Shown here one piece after another: positions 10,866 through 24,586 of a DNA stretch of 64,000 nucleotides. A model generated the notes under the pieces. The model was not told where the DNA came from. It was given only the letters and a program-made list of their open reading frames with translations, and did no database searches. The position numbers were made by a program, and so were the translations under genes. This DNA is from Squalus acanthias (lineage: Eukaryota), in the NCBI GenBank assembly GCA_030390025.1, contig CM059425.1, positions 178,872,001 through 178,936,000 on the forward strand, read 5' to 3'. The number at the start of each line of letters is the position of its first letter. Position 1 is the stretch's first letter.

Positions 10866-11395
10866 AAAGAATATTGGAAAACCTAGGGCTCGATTTTAAT
10901 GGACCTCAGAGGGCGGATTTGGAGGCGCGTCGGCAGCGAAAATCGGAAAAAATGCCGGTTGGCTGTGAACCCGCCTCCAACCCGCCCCCACGCTAATTTC
11001 GTAAGTGTTGGGTCAGCCGCTCCCGAACGAACCCAACACCAAATGGCAGGACAGGCAGTCCGAATCCTAATTTAAGCTACGATTCCGATTTTGGTGCTTT
11101 TGGCTCCTGTTTCCCGTCTTCCGAGAAACACGCCAGCTGCAATGAGTCGGGTTTCTCGAGGACATGATTTGTTGTCAGTTGCTGCAGCCGCTTAAAAGCG
11201 CTCCTGCAACATGGCTGATATTCAAATGCCACAACTTTGTTGTTGGAGGTTTGGGATAAGATTTTGCAATTCTACTGACCTTGTGCCTGTTCAAGCTGAC
11301 AGCCATCTACAGTGTGATCTGATTGGAATAATTTCAGGCCACTTTGACTGTGCGCTTACAAGCTTCTTGCCTCAAGTGAAATCTATAGCTATGGG

Positions 11396-12654
11396 ATGGG
11401 AACCATTTATATCCTCTCATCCTGGTCGTCAGATTCAGAGGAAGAGCAGCCACGGCAGCACCACAACCAGCCACAACAGCAGCACCAGCACCAGGAGCAA
11501 CAACCTCCTCCTCACCCATCTGATGATGCACAGGGCGGAGGGCGCACCTCACCGCAGGAGATACCCCCAGCACAAGGTTTATAGGCAGAGGATCAGCTTC
11601 CTCAGCATGACTGAGCAGCAGTGCCAAAGGAGGCTGAGACTTTCGAGAGACATAGGCGCTGACATCTGCACAATGCTGCACCAACACCTGGAGCCCAGAG
11701 GAGCATGTGGACACTCCTTACCAGTGGCTGTCAAAGTCACCACCGCCCTCAACTTCTTTCCTTTGGGCTCCTTCCAGGGATCAGCTGCAGACATCAGCGG
11801 CATCTCCCAGTCGGCCGCACACACCTGCATCACACAGGTCACCGATGCCCTCTTTGCAAAGGTGCACAATTACATCCATTTCTCCACGGATGGCCCAAGT
11901 GTGACCGTGCGTGCGGTTGGCTTTGCCAATATGGCAGGTTTGCCAGTGGTGCAGGGCATCAGACTGCACACATGTAGCCATTTGGGCCCCCTATCACAAG
12001 CCAGCTGTATTTGTCAACCGCAAGGGATTCCACTCCCTGAATATCCACCTGGTGTGTAACCACAGGAAGCTCATCATGCATGTTTGCGCAAAGTACCCTG
12101 GCAGTTGCCATGACTCCTTCATCCTGCACCAGCCTACTGTACCTCAGCTCTTCCATCCGCCAAACCAACTCTGCAAATGGCTGCTTGGTGACAAGGGCTA
12201 TCCCCTGAAAAATTGACTTATGACACCGATGAGGAGGCCAACAAATGAGGCTGAGGAGCGGTACAATGTGAGTCACTTATCCACCAGAAGCATCATCGAG
12301 CAAACCATCGGCTTGCTCAAAATGCGCTTCCGATGCTTGGACAGATCTGGTGGAGCCCTGCAGTATTCACCAGCCAGGGTGTCCAGAATCATCGTGGTCT
12401 GCTGTGCCCTGCACAACATCACACAGCAGTGTGACTTAGTGCTGCCGGACGAACAAGTGGCTCAGCACAAACACTCCCCGGAAGAAGAGGAAGAGGAAGA
12501 GGAAGAGGACGAGGAGGAGGACGAGGAGGAGGATGAGGGGGAACATGAGGAGGAGGATGAGGAGGAGAACGGGGAGCCATGTGTTGCAGCCGCACGTGAC
12601 CACATTGCTGGCCGTCTGGCAAGGGAAGCACTCATCCGTGCCAGATTCGCGTAA
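11396..12654 (+). pseudogene. Harbinger transposase pseudogene
   Basis: Motifs [33 protein letters not shown] and IEQTIGLLKMRFRCL are spread over several frames. Frameshifts near 11545 and 11960, and TGA at 12214-12216 in place of the conserved Trp. Confidence 0.9.
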
Positions 12655-12943
12655 GCTTACGCTTCAAACATTGGTTGCTGGCAGATGGAGATGAATATAA
12701 GGCCAATATTCTCAAAACCTCATGCATCATCTGTCCAATAAATGGTGGTGTCCGCTCACTCTCACCACCATTATTATAAATGGAATTAGCCCTGAGCCCT
12801 CACACTTGAACTTTTCATTTCCCAGAACACATAGGCCAGAATCTCAACTCTTTGCCATCACTTTTGTTTAATTACATCACAAAAGGATGACACTCGATAT
12901 TTAACAACACTATAAAACACCCAAGTGACTACCCTTGTGACTA

Positions 12944-15897
12944 TTAGTGCTTTAACTTCCTCTTACGCGTGCTCCTACGTGGTGCTTCCCCTGTGGCTTC
13001 AGCAGATGTAGAGGCACCTTGCTCACTTTGGTGCTGCGCCTGCTTAGATGCCTTTGGCGGGTGTTCTCTGGGTTTGGGAGTCTGGGAGGGCTCCTCCACA
13101 GTCTGCTCTTCCTGCGGCTGTGCAGGGGCTGAGACGGCCATCTCAGTTGGGTGAGGAACCTAGGGCTCTGACCGAGGCCTCCGCAGTAGTGGCATGGTCA
13201 TGTGAGCGCTTGGAGAGGAGCCCACACTTCCTTGTTGTCTGCCACCAACATCCCTCTCATGGGTCACCCACACTTCACTGCTAGCAAGTGGCTGGAGAGC
13301 CACCTGCTGCACCTCAGTGGGGCCATGAGGGTAACGACAGTCCTCATAACGGGGACGTCCATGTACCTCTGGTGTCTCTCCTTAATAGATGCCCATCTAT
13401 CCTCCATAGCAGACCATCTATTTAGAAGAGTCACCATGCTCTGTGCAGTGTAGCAACTTATGTCCTCCAAGCAGGTTGCCACCCTCTCCATGGCGGCACG
13501 TTCATGCACCATTGCCTCCACAAAGGCAATGCTCATGTTAGAGATGGAGTCCTCCATTCTCTCCACACACGCAGTTACCCTGGATGCAAACTCAGAGACT
13601 CCTGCACTCGTTCCTGGAGTTCCAGCACCGCTCTCTTTCTGGATGGCCCCAGAGGCACAACATCTATATGCAGCTGAGCTGAGCTAGGAGCTAGGAGAGT
13701 CCTGCGACCTCTGACGAGGACTCTCCACTGCTGTTGCTGTCTCCAGCATCTGCTGATGTTCACTTGCGAGCTGTGATATGCCAGGTGACAACAATGCTCT
13801 ATGTCGTGAAGGACCCACCGAGGTGTGCGTATTTGTGCTGGTGCTGGGTGTGCTGAGTCCTGGTGACGCTGCTCCCTCAGAGGCTCGATTCCTCTGAGGA
13901 TTCGTCTGGCTCTTCCTCCTGGACAGTGGGGAGGGGGGCTCTCGATGGTCCTGTGGGAGAGTAAAGGCATGAGTTAGACATCTGATTTGGAGGTAGCAGA
14001 CACATCCTATTATGCAGTTGTGGTGATTGAAAGTCAATCATCACAGCCCCAGGGCATCGCTGCAGGAGTTTCTCAGGGCAGTGTCCTAGGCCCAACCATC
14101 TTCAGCTTCTTCATCAATGACCTTCCCTCCAACATAAGGTTAGAAATGGGAATGTTCGCTGATGACTGCACAGTGTTCAGTGCCATTCACAACTCCTCAG
14201 ATATTGAAGCAGTCCATGCCCGCATGCAACAAGACCTGGACGACGTTCAGGCTTGGGCTGATAAGTGACAGGTGACATTCGCGCCACAGAAGTGCCAGGC
14301 AATGACTATCTCCAACATGCGAGCATCTAACCACCATCCCTTGACATTCAACGGCATTACCATCGCCGAATCCCCCACCATCAACATCCTGGGGGTCACC
14401 ATTGACCAGAAACTTAACTGGACCAGCCACATAAATACTGTGGCAACAAGAGCAGGTCAGAGGCTAGGTATTCTGTGGCGAGTGTCTCACCTCCTGACTC
14501 CCAAAGCCTTTCCACCATCTACGAGGCACAAGTAAGGAGTGTGATGGAATACTCTCCACTTGCCTGGATGAGTGCAGCTCCAACAACACTCAAGAAGCTC
14601 GACACCATCCAGGACAAAGCAGCCAGCTTGATTGGCACCTCATCCACCACCTTAAACATTCACTCTCTCCACCACCGGAATACTGTGGCTGCAGTGTGTA
14701 CCATCTACATGATGCACTGCAGCAACTCGCTAAGGCTTCTTCGCCAGCACCTTCCAAACCCGCGACCTCTTCCACCTCGAAGGACAAGGGCAGCAGACGC
14801 ATGGGAACACCACCCCCTCCAAGTTCCCCTCCAAGTCACACACCATCCTGACTTAGAAATATAACACCGATCCTTCATCGTCGCTGGATCAAAATCCTGG
14901 AATTCCCTCCCTAACAGCACTGTGGGAGTACCTTCACCACACGGACTGCAGCGGTTCAAGAAGGCGGTTCACCACCACCTTCTCAAGGGCAATTAGGGAT
15001 GGGCAATAAATCAATAAATGTTGGCTTTGCCAGCGACACCCACATCCCGGAACTAATTAAAAAAAGATGATCAGAAGTCAAACTCTATGAGCAACTTATG
15101 CCATTGCAGTCAATCATGAATTGTAAAAGCGAGGGATGAAAATGCATTCTGTCAGCTTCCTCTAGTGTGCCCGTCTCTTCGGCCCCCACTTCCAGCTCCT
15201 CGCCACCTCCCATGATGTCGCAAGCAGCCTTCTCAGTGTGATTTAGTGTGGCGGGTGATGGCGTGCCTCCTCCTGTCTTGGTTTTCTCCATCTTATTGTG
15301 GGCTATCTTTTGCTGCAAGGAGGGACACAAGTGGAGTTTCAGCCAGAGTGATGGAGTGAGTGTGAAGAATCCATAAGGTTGAATCTTAGAGGGAGGCCAG
15401 GATGGAGTGAGGTGACAAGAGGAAGGAGCCTCCTGTGTGTTGTTCGTTGTTGTCATTGCATAACAGTGAGCGCGAGTGTGAGGGCTGCATAACAGGATGG
15501 TGAAGTGATTCAGTACAGAGAGAGAGTTCGAAAGGTAAGGGTGCAAGGGAAGTAAGGGTAAGGTGGGATGTGGAGGAGCAGGCTGACAATGCAGAGTGCT
15601 GGTGATGAGAAGAGAAGGGAAGCAGAGTGAAGCTAAGTGTGATGTGATACTCACTTTAGATGTTCGGACAAGATCATTGAATCGTTTGCGGCACTGGAGC
15701 CAGGTGCGTCCACACAGCGACCTTGCGCTGACCTCCTCAGCTATCTCCAGCCAGGCTGCCTTCATCTGTTGAGGAGGCTTCCTGCGGCCATCGGCAGGGA
15801 ACAGAATGTCCCTGCGCCCTCTTACTCCCTCTACAAGAGCTTGCAGGGAGTTGTCATTGAATCTAGGAGCAGCCTTCTTGCCTGTGGCAGCACTGAT
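12944..15897 (-). pseudogene. Myb/SANT-like partner pseudogene; exons ~15897-15655, 15312-~15153, 13950-12944
   Basis: KAAPRFNDNSLQALVEGV...WLEIAEEV...QCRKRFNDL followed by GTGAGT; exon 2 QKIAHNKMEKTKTGGG; last exon ends RRSTRKRKLKH*. The start codon and donor 2 look mutated, and exon 3 has frameshifts. Confidence 0.8.
14017..15065 (+). mobile_element. 5'-truncated LINE (same family as 29121-33934) inside Myb intron 2
   Basis: RT segment [13 protein letters not shown]...MFADD and QVRSVMEYSPLAWM; 3' end CTCAAGGGCAATTAGGGATGGGCAATAAA plus A tail. Confidence 0.88.
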
Positions 15898-16467
15898 GGT
15901 GATCCTGGCCCTTTCCAGCAGCAGCAGCGATGAGAAAGGAGAGGCTGAGGTTACATAGAGCCCTTAAAAACAAGTGTAGCAGAGACCTCATCAGTGCAGA
16001 CCAACAGACCCGCTGCAACTCATTGCAGCAGGCAGCGCGCACGACGGGACTAATTGGACCAATTAACTCAATATGGGACACCGAGAGCAGCTGAAACCAG
16101 CAGCGGGTCCAAAACCCGCCCACCAGGCAACCCGACTCCATCCCGCCTCCTCCATTAAAATCGAGCCCCTAGACTTTTCAATAAAAACACTAATGTTCTG
16201 AGATGCACATGATCTGAGATCACCATGAAGCAGGGTAAAATGTTCAATTCAAGCTAAGATAAGCTGATGGTATTAGACACAAGAGATTCATACATAAGAC
16301 CAGTAAACCAGAGAAATAGGCACAGAAATAAGTAAAGGCAAAAGGTACAAATGATGTAGTAAAGCTTTTATAAGATTTTTAGAAAAATCTGTACAATTAC
16401 TTTCACGGCAAGATGAATGGTTAGATCTTGGAAAGCCAGATGCTGTTTTTATTTTTATACAGCAGTT

Positions 16468-16975
16468 GGGCAGGATTTTTTCCACCCTGGTCCCAACTCC
16501 CTGGGAGTTGCAGCCGCCCCATAACGGGGCCGCTAATCCTGGAAGAGTTCCCTAGGTCAGCCTCGTTAAAGAATTTGACGGGGTCATGGTGGGATCCTAA
16601 CAGTGTCAGGGAGCCTGCCTCGGGCGAGGGTGGGAAATTGCCACTGCAAGTCTCAGGCACTTGCAACAGTGGAATGTGATTGGCTACTTTCAGGGGAGCT
16701 GGAACCCTGCGATCAATTAGGCTTCCTTGCGGAAGGGGATTTAAATTTAAACACACCGACACTGCTAACATCCAGTGTGGTTATACTATTAATGATGAGG
16801 AATACAATGTGAGCTGTTTTCCTCTCATTAACTTATTATTCGAATTTGCCCACCTACATTTGGGCATATTCAGTGCACTTCTGGTGACGACCTTTGGAGA
16901 ACTGATGGAACAGCTCCCACCTGATTTCAGCCATTACTCGCTGGAGTTACGCCAGAAAACCAGCATAAACCCTGG
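16468..16975. mobile_element. Possible old Harbinger-type non-autonomous element
   Basis: GC-rich island starting GGGCAGGATTTT, similar to the TIR at 27056. The right end is uncertain. Confidence 0.35.
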
Positions 16976-17369
16976 TTAAGTTCTGTTCAGGCCAGCGACC
17001 ACAAAACCATATATTGGCTTGTATGGGTGGCCTGTACCTTTAGCCTGCCTGGAACCTGAGTAAACAGCCACCTTTGCCTTATATTTGTCAACTGGGTGCT
17101 CCTGTCTTAAGTGCAGCCAGCAGACACCATCCCCTTAGGCAGTTCATGGTACATCCAGAGGCAACAGCAGTGCCTCATTGACATACGGCATTGCCTCAGA
17201 AGTCAAGTTTTGCTGTTGGTAGCAATGCCGTAAAATGGAGGGCCATTAGTTTTCTCAGGCTAGAAAAGGAAAAAAATCAGCCAAGATTTTCCTTAGCATC
17301 AACCAGCGATCCCTGCTTCAAATATATTGGCATGAAGATGAGGATAGCACTGGGCTCAGTTGACTAGAG

Positions 17370-17535
17370 CAGGGATTCTCAACCTTTTTGCTTCTGAGGC
17401 CCCCCCTCCCGAGTTATAAAAATTCCACGGACCCTCTGTCACGCCACACAAGTATTTTTTCTTTATAAAAATTAGTTGTACAATTAAACATATATATTTA
17501 TTATTTTTTTGCTTTACTTATATCCCGGACCATCC
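17370..17535 (+). mobile_element. hAT/Charlie-like terminal fragment
   Basis: CTAGAG followed by CAGGGATTCTCAACCTTTTT resembles a Charlie-type end and target site. No second end found. Confidence 0.45.
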
Positions 17536-17542
17536 ATGTATT

Positions 17543-19989
17543 ACATAGAAACATAGAAACTAGGAGCAGGAGTAGGCCTACGGCCCCTTGATCAATAAGA
17601 TCATGGCTGATCTTTGACCTCAACTCCACTATCCCGCCTGATCCCCATATCCGGTGATTATCCTAGAGTCCAAAAATCTATCAAGCTCAGCCTTCAATAT
17701 GCTCAATGACTCAGCATCCCTTTGGGGTAGAGAATTCCAAAGATTAACAACCCTCTGAGTGAAGAAATTCCTCCTCATTTCAGTCTTAAATGGTTGACCC
17801 TTTATCCTGAGACTATCGCCCCTAGTTCTAGATTCTCCAGCCAGGGGAATCAACCTCTCAGCGTCTATCCTGTCAATCCCCCTCAGAATCTTATTTGTTT
17901 CAATGAGATCACCTCTCATTCTTCTAAACTCCAGAGCGTATTGGCCCAATCTACTCAATCTCTCCTCATAGGCCAACCCTCTCATCCCAAGGATCAATCT
18001 AGTGAATCTTCATTGCACCGCCTCTAAGGCAAGTATGTCCTTCCTCAGATAAGGAGACCACAACTGTGCACAGTACTCCAGGTGTGGTCTCACCAAAGCC
18101 CTATACAATTGTAACAAGGCTTCTTTACTCTTGTACTCCAACCCCCTTGCAAAAAAGGCCTACATGCCATTTGCCTTCCTAATTGCTTGCTGTACCTGCA
18201 TGCTAACTTTTTGTGTTTCCTGTACGAGGACACCCAAGTCTCTCTGAACACCAACATTTTATAGTTTCTCATTATTTAAAAATATTCTGTTTTTTTATTC
18301 TTCTTACCAAAGTGAATAACCTCACATTTCCCCACATTATACTCCATCTGCCAACTTATTGCTCAATCACTTAACCTGTCTATATCCCTTTGCAGCCTCT
18401 TTGTGTCCTCCTCACAGCTTACTTTCCTACCTAGCTTTGTATCATCAGCAAACTTGGATACATTACACTCAGTCCCTTCATCTAAGTCATTAATATAGAT
18501 TATAAATAGCTGAGGCTCGAGCACTGATCCTTGCGGCACCCCACTAGTTACAGCCTGCCAACCGGAAAATGACCCATTTATCCCTACTCTCTGGTTTCTG
18601 TCTGTTAACCAATCCTCTATCCATGCTAATATATTACCCCTAACCTCATGAGCCCTTATCTTGTGTAGCAAACGTTTATGTGGCACCTTATCGAATGCCT
18701 TTTGGAAATCCAAATATACTACATCCACTGGTTCCCTTTTATCTGCCCTGCTAGTTACATCCTCAAAAAACTCTAAAAAATTTGTTAAACACGATTTCCC
18801 TTTCATAAAACCATGTTGACTCTGCCTAATCATATTCTGATTTTCTAAGTGCCCTGTTACCACTTCCTTAACAATGGATTCCAGCATTTTCCCGATGACT
18901 GATGTCAGGCTAACAGCCCTGTAGTTCTCTGTTTTCTTTCTCCCTCCTTTCTTGAATAGCAGGGTTACATTTGCTACTTTCCAATCTGCTGGGACTGTTC
19001 TAGAATCTAGGGAATTTTGGAAGATCACAACCAATGCATCCACTATCTCTGCAGCCATCTCTTTTAGAACCCTAGATGTAGGCCATCAGGTCCAGGGGAT
19101 TTGTCAGCTTTTAGTCCCATGAGTTTCTCAAGTACTTTTTCTCTACTGATATTAATTACTTTAGGTTCCTCACTCTTTTTAGCCCATTGATTCACTACTG
19201 ATTTTGGTATGCTTTTTGTGTCTTCTACTGTGAAGAAAGATACAAATATTTGTTTAAAGTCTCTGCCATTTTCTTATTCCCTATTATAATTTCACCTGTC
19301 TCAGCCTCTAAGGGACCAACATTTACTTTTGCTAATCTCTTCCTTTTTACATACTTGTAGAAGCTCTTACAATCTGTTTTTATATTTCTTGCTAGTTTAC
19401 TCTCATATTCTATTTTTCCCTTTTTATTAATTTTTTGGTCATCCTTTGCAGGTTTCTGAAGCTCTCCCAGTCCTCAGGCTTACTACTATTCTTTGCAACA
19501 TTATGAGCCTCTTCTTTTAATCTAATACTATCCTTAACCTGTTTAGTTATCCACAGATGGATCACTTTTCCCATGGAGTTTTTATTTTGCAATGGAATGT
19601 ATGTTTGTTGAGAATATTGGAATATTTCTTTAAATGTTTGCCACTGCTTATCTACTGTCATGCCTTTTAATTTAATTTCCCAATCTACCTTGGTAACTCG
19701 CCCCTCATTCCTATGTAATTGGCTGTTTTTAAGTTTAAGACTCATTTTGGACTTAAGTGTTTCATTATCAAACTCAATATGAAATTCTATCATATTATGA
19801 TCACTCTTCCCCGAGGATCCTTTACTATGAGATTACTAATTAACCCTGTCTCATTATACAATACAAGATCTAAAATAGCCTGTTCCCTGATTAGTTCCAT
19901 GATGTATTGTTCTAGGAAACTGTCTCGAATGCATTCCATGAACTCGTCCTCCAGACTACCTTTACCAATTTGATTTGCCCAGTCTATAA
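17543..19989 (-). mobile_element. CR1/HER1 LINE, 5'-truncated, disrupted ORF2
   Basis: [39 protein letters not shown]; (CATAGAAA)n tail at 17543. Confidence 0.92.
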
Positions 19990-22000
19990 GCTGCTATTAT
20001 TTGTTGATTCAGCGCTGGGACCTAAGCACACCAGGTAAACTTGGCGTACAAGCAGGCTGACAGTGGCGATGTCAGTACCTCTTAAAGGGACACACACATC
20101 ATTCAGTTAAGTTTGGATTTAAGCTTTTGGACTGGGATTTTTTTGATTTTATTGAAGCAGTGGCTTGCTGCAATTGATGTTAAAAGTGTTTACGTGTGTA
20201 GAGAGTGCTGCTGGATACTTGCAATGCCTCGGATGGTAAAGGAATGCCTCTGAGAAGACAGAAAATGCTGCAAACACTCAACAGGGAACATCCGTGGAGA
20301 GAGAAATGGAGTTCACGTCTCAGATCAAGATGCAGTGTGAGCTGCTGAGTATTTCTAGCATTTTATGCTGGCATTTCAGATTAACAGCATCCACTTGCAG
20401 AGGGAGGAGGAAGACACAGAAGAGGAAGAAGCAGAAGAGGAGGAAGCTGAAGAGGAGAAAGCAAAAGAGGAGGAAGCAGACAGAAGGATGAATCCCAGAC
20501 ACCCCCTTTCTGGCCGGGATATCCAGAGTAGAATCATCCGCCTGCAGTCCCAGTGGCCACAACCCTAATTTACCTTTCAACATTACCTTTCCACACCTTA
20601 CCTTCCCTCTGTTACTGACAATCACAGCATTCTCTTGGGCACAATGCTGAAATAAAAGCCATCACAAAGCAAACTTTCCAATTCAACTTTATACATCTAT
20701 CCATCCAATATGACATCAAGAAATCAACTCATCACCCGTATACATTCTCGTAGTGACTGTCCTGTGTGTGCCTTTGCTAGCCTACTGATGTCACACAGTG
20801 CTTCCCCAGTGGCTGCAGCATAGCTGGTGGAAGGCTGCTGACTTCTAGTGGGGGACACTGCAAATGATCTTGTTGGTTGACCTTGAGGAGCTGGTGGCTG
20901 GGAGTGCGAAATCAATCTTCTTCTTGCTCTTCTTCACTCTCCTCTCCCTCTTCTTGCTCACCCACTGGCTGGGCAGGCTGCATTTCTTGGGTGTGTGAAA
21001 TGAGGAAGGCACAAGGGTGCAGTTGTGGTGAGGGGAGGGCGGAACAGCAAGATGTGCATGCAAGAAGGAGGATAACGTATGAGGATACCAACATCTTGTA
21101 TCCTTTCAGCCCGGCTGCTGGCCAAGGGCTCAGCCATGCCCCTGCCAAGAATAGCCTCCACCATCTCCTCCAAGTGGGTGAGGTGAGTCTAGGAATGGGA
21201 GGTGTGCCTCGTGATTGGTACAGATTGTTGGTAGGTGAGGGTGATGGACGGGGTTGTGCATTGAGCTGTGTGTGAGGCTAGTGATGCAGTTGGTAAGAGA
21301 CGGCTTTTGAAGATGCATTCACTGACCTTGACCAGTGCCAGGTGGTGGGGGCGACACTGCTGGCAGTGACGGCCTCGGTGATCTGATCCCACATTGTTCA
21401 TTCTGGAGGACTTCCTGGCCCCTGTGGGTAGAGGATCTCCACTGCAGTGTTGACCCCCTGCACAAAGCTGGAGAGCTGCGTGCGAGACCCTGGATGCCCC
21501 TTCCCTGGCTAGCTGAGCCATTTGTGTTAGCGCTGAAGCACTTTTACCATTTTTTTAGGTGTGGAAGACAATTCAGCTTCAAGAACTGAAGACTGCCATT
21601 TTGGAGTTATTTTTAATGTTTATTTTTATTTTGAAAGGCAGTAAGGGCAGAAAATGCATTTTTCACTTGATTTTAATTTCTATTTGTTTTGGATGCATTG
21701 CCCCTTTAATTCATAGCCCCTTTAATTGCCCACAATGCCTTGCGAACTCCACAGCCTCGCTCCCAGAGGCTGTATGAAGCAGCACACCGACTGTGGATGG
21801 GAACTTCAGGTCAGAGGCCTCCATTAATGCCACCAGGGGGGCATGGCACGGCACGTTAAGTTAGCGCTGCGCTGTGATCCACATCGCCAACCTCCAGAGC
21901 CAATTTTTCAGCTTTAATGTTGCGGCCATTTTCGGCAGCCATTAACTTGAGTTGCTGGTGATACCAGTAAGTCAGTTGCCACACATTAATTTGACCCCCC
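19990..22000 (+). mobile_element. Decayed Harbinger deletion derivative (same family as 44021-46099); left end lost at the CR1 junction
   Basis: Collinear with 44300-46000; transposase acidic tail (EEEDTEEEEAEEEE) and Myb exon remnant MAQLAREGASRVSHAAL on -. Confidence 0.75.
20255..20392. repeat. Penelope-terminus-derived short inverted element
   Basis: AAAATGCTGCAAACACTCAACAG...CTGCTGAGTATTTCTAGCATTTT; resembles the tail at 29960-30016. Confidence 0.55.
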
Positions 22001-23574
22001 CAGACTTACCAAAATTCATTTTAACAGCTGCAAATGTGTGATTCACATTAGTAAATGATTTAATCTAATATCACCCTGACAGTAACTGAAATAATCAACA
22101 AAACAGAGTAAGCAGTCATATTTATTAAAGTATTCATATACTAAACAAGCTGGAATGCAGTTTTCCTGGTTTATGAGTTTTTCTAAGACACCATATTAGC
22201 TTTCATTATGACAAATAAGTAAGACAATATTTGCTATATACAGGATTATATATATTACAACAGTAACCACACTTCAAAAGTACTCCATTGGCTGTAAAGC
22301 GCTTTGGAATATCCTGAGGTCATGAAAGGCGCTATATAAATGCAAGTCTTTCTTTCTATAATACAAAGGTTGGGGTGTTATAAGTTAGTAATGCATTAAG
22401 GGTTCAGATTATACGTTGAGAGTGAATGTGAGGTAAGAATTTACTGGGCAAATAAAATAGATAAAAGAGAGAGATGGTAGTCTCAACTATGTTTGCTCTC
22501 AATCTGTTCATCGGTGTATTGAAAAGAAAATCAAACCAATGTAAGATTAAGACAAAGTTACGACTGATAAAATAATAAATGCTAACAAACAGAAAGGGTT
22601 GTTAAGGATAAGAGAGCAATGTTTATTAAAGTCCCTGTTAATAAAATTATTTAATGAATGTTTAACTACACAAGTCTTTAGCTGCAATGACTACCATCTG
22701 GCATTCTTTCATTGAAGGCTGTGTGGCATGCACTTGAGTGATTCACATTAAGGAAGGACATCTTCAGGAAGGGATAGGATGGCAGGTTGGCTTTAGAAGC
22801 ACAATAGCATTGCATCCATGTAACATAACCTTGAAGTAAACATATGCACTGACTTAATGTAAAGGAGACAACTGATGCGGTTTTCTCAAGTTCCTCTTTA
22901 GGCGGCAGAGCTGCCAGTGGCATATATTCATGATTGTCCCTTTGTTGGCGACAGGTAGAACTCTCCTCCAATTATGTTATAAAAAGAGAGAGCTGTTTAC
23001 CCCCAAATCTGTCCCATGTTTATCTACACGCACTTTTGCATTGACTGAGTGTAGCTGACTGCATGTGTGCAGTTCAATGTCTCTGGAGTATAAAGCTGGT
23101 GATTCTGGAGACTCAATGGCATCAGAGGCCCACCGTTTTGCGAGTCCACTGCTGTTGTTCTCCAGTTATTTATTAATGATAAGATTTATTTTGAGAATGG
23201 AGAGCATCACATGGAGGCCACAGTTTTCCATTTGCATATTCTTGGAGCAGCAGATATGAAATGCATAAAAGTTCCGAAGGGAGAGGTTCTTGAAATATGT
23301 TAATAGGTAAATTTTCATCTCTACCACCTGGGCGGAGCACAGAAAAGAAAACCTTTCAGAGAGGATAGCAACTGGTAACAGAACCCACCTGATTGTCCTT
23401 TCATTTAAATTAGTGGTTGGAAAACCCACCGGGCTTTGTAAGGGGTTTGCAGCCCACTCCATCAGACTTTCCTCTCTGCCCTCCATCAAGGTGGTGGAGA
23501 CAAAAGTCTACCCCACAGTATTTAAAATGTGTCTGGGAGTGCAGAGAGAAGAAACTTCTAAATTGACAGTGAGA

Positions 23575-24586
23575 AGCTGCGTACAAAAACACAGACTATA
23601 CTGCTGGATGATCTCTCCCACCGCACAAGTTGGAGGAAACAGTTTAATTTTGTAAAACAGTTGCAGGAGGAGACACAATTATTCATATTAAAGATGTGAA
23701 ATGGCAAAGAATTAAAAGAAAATCAGATAAGAATAATTTTTCGAATCTTTAATTAAGGTTTACTATAGTTTACTTAAGGTTTACTATAATTATATATCTC
23801 TGTATGTTACCAGTATTTAAAAATATGCATGCATTTTGCAATCTGTTTGATTGCTCGATTTACCTTTGAGATTTACAAAACATTTGTTTTTAATCCTACT
23901 AGACTTCCTATTAACATATCAAAACATAGAAGAACCAGTAGGAAAGTAGTAAATGGGCTAACAACCACAGAACTACACTAACGTTAACTACACATCAGTA
24001 ACTTTTTTGCCATTATTCTCCTCTCTTGTGAAGATGCTAACTCTTGCTGGAGAACAATTCCATGAATGCTAACTACCTTGATATAGAATCTTTTGTGTGT
24101 GTGTGAGTATGGGCAGTAAGGGGCCAATTCCCTCATCAGAACACCCATTAGCATCTGTTTCTGTACTGCTCCAATGAGGAAAATTAGGTGGAGAGTTATA
24201 ATATTGGGTCTCTTCTCCAGCAGCACTTGACACTCATTTTGCTGGGGTGGGGTGCGGGTGGAGGAATGTCCCGTTCGAAACTGGTGGAAACTTTATTGGT
24301 ATAAGTAAAGAATGTAAGAGCACTTTTCTTAGGCCTCCTGGATCTTTTTTCTAATTTCAATGCCATGTCTACAGCACCAGAAAATAATGCCTAATAAAAC
24401 TGGACATCCAGAATTGGTAGGCCTGAGCTGCGTATAAAAACACAGACTATACTGCTGGATGATCTCTCCCACCGCACAAGTTGGAGGAAACAGTTTAATT
24501 TTGTAAAACAGTTGCAGGAGGAGACACAATTATTCATATTAAAGATGTGAAATGGCAAAGAATTAAAAGAAAATCAGATAAGAATA
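23575..24586 (+). repeat. 161-bp direct duplication (23575-23735 and 24426-24586)
   Basis: The copies differ at one base by eye (GTACAAAA vs GTATAAAA); the offset is 851 bp. Confidence 0.95.

Larger units (their letters stand above)
10886..16168 (+). mobile_element. Second full-length Harbinger transposon, decayed, distinct family
   Basis: Perfect 18-bp TIR GGGCTCGATTTTAATGGA (10886-10903 and 16151-16168); TSD CTA at 10883-10885 and 16169-16171; convergent transposase and Myb pseudogenes. Confidence 0.93.

Noticed and set aside
22678..23260. Possible host exon in unique DNA
   Set aside because: No recognisable protein or convincing splice pair. It could be conserved non-coding DNA, which I cannot test here.
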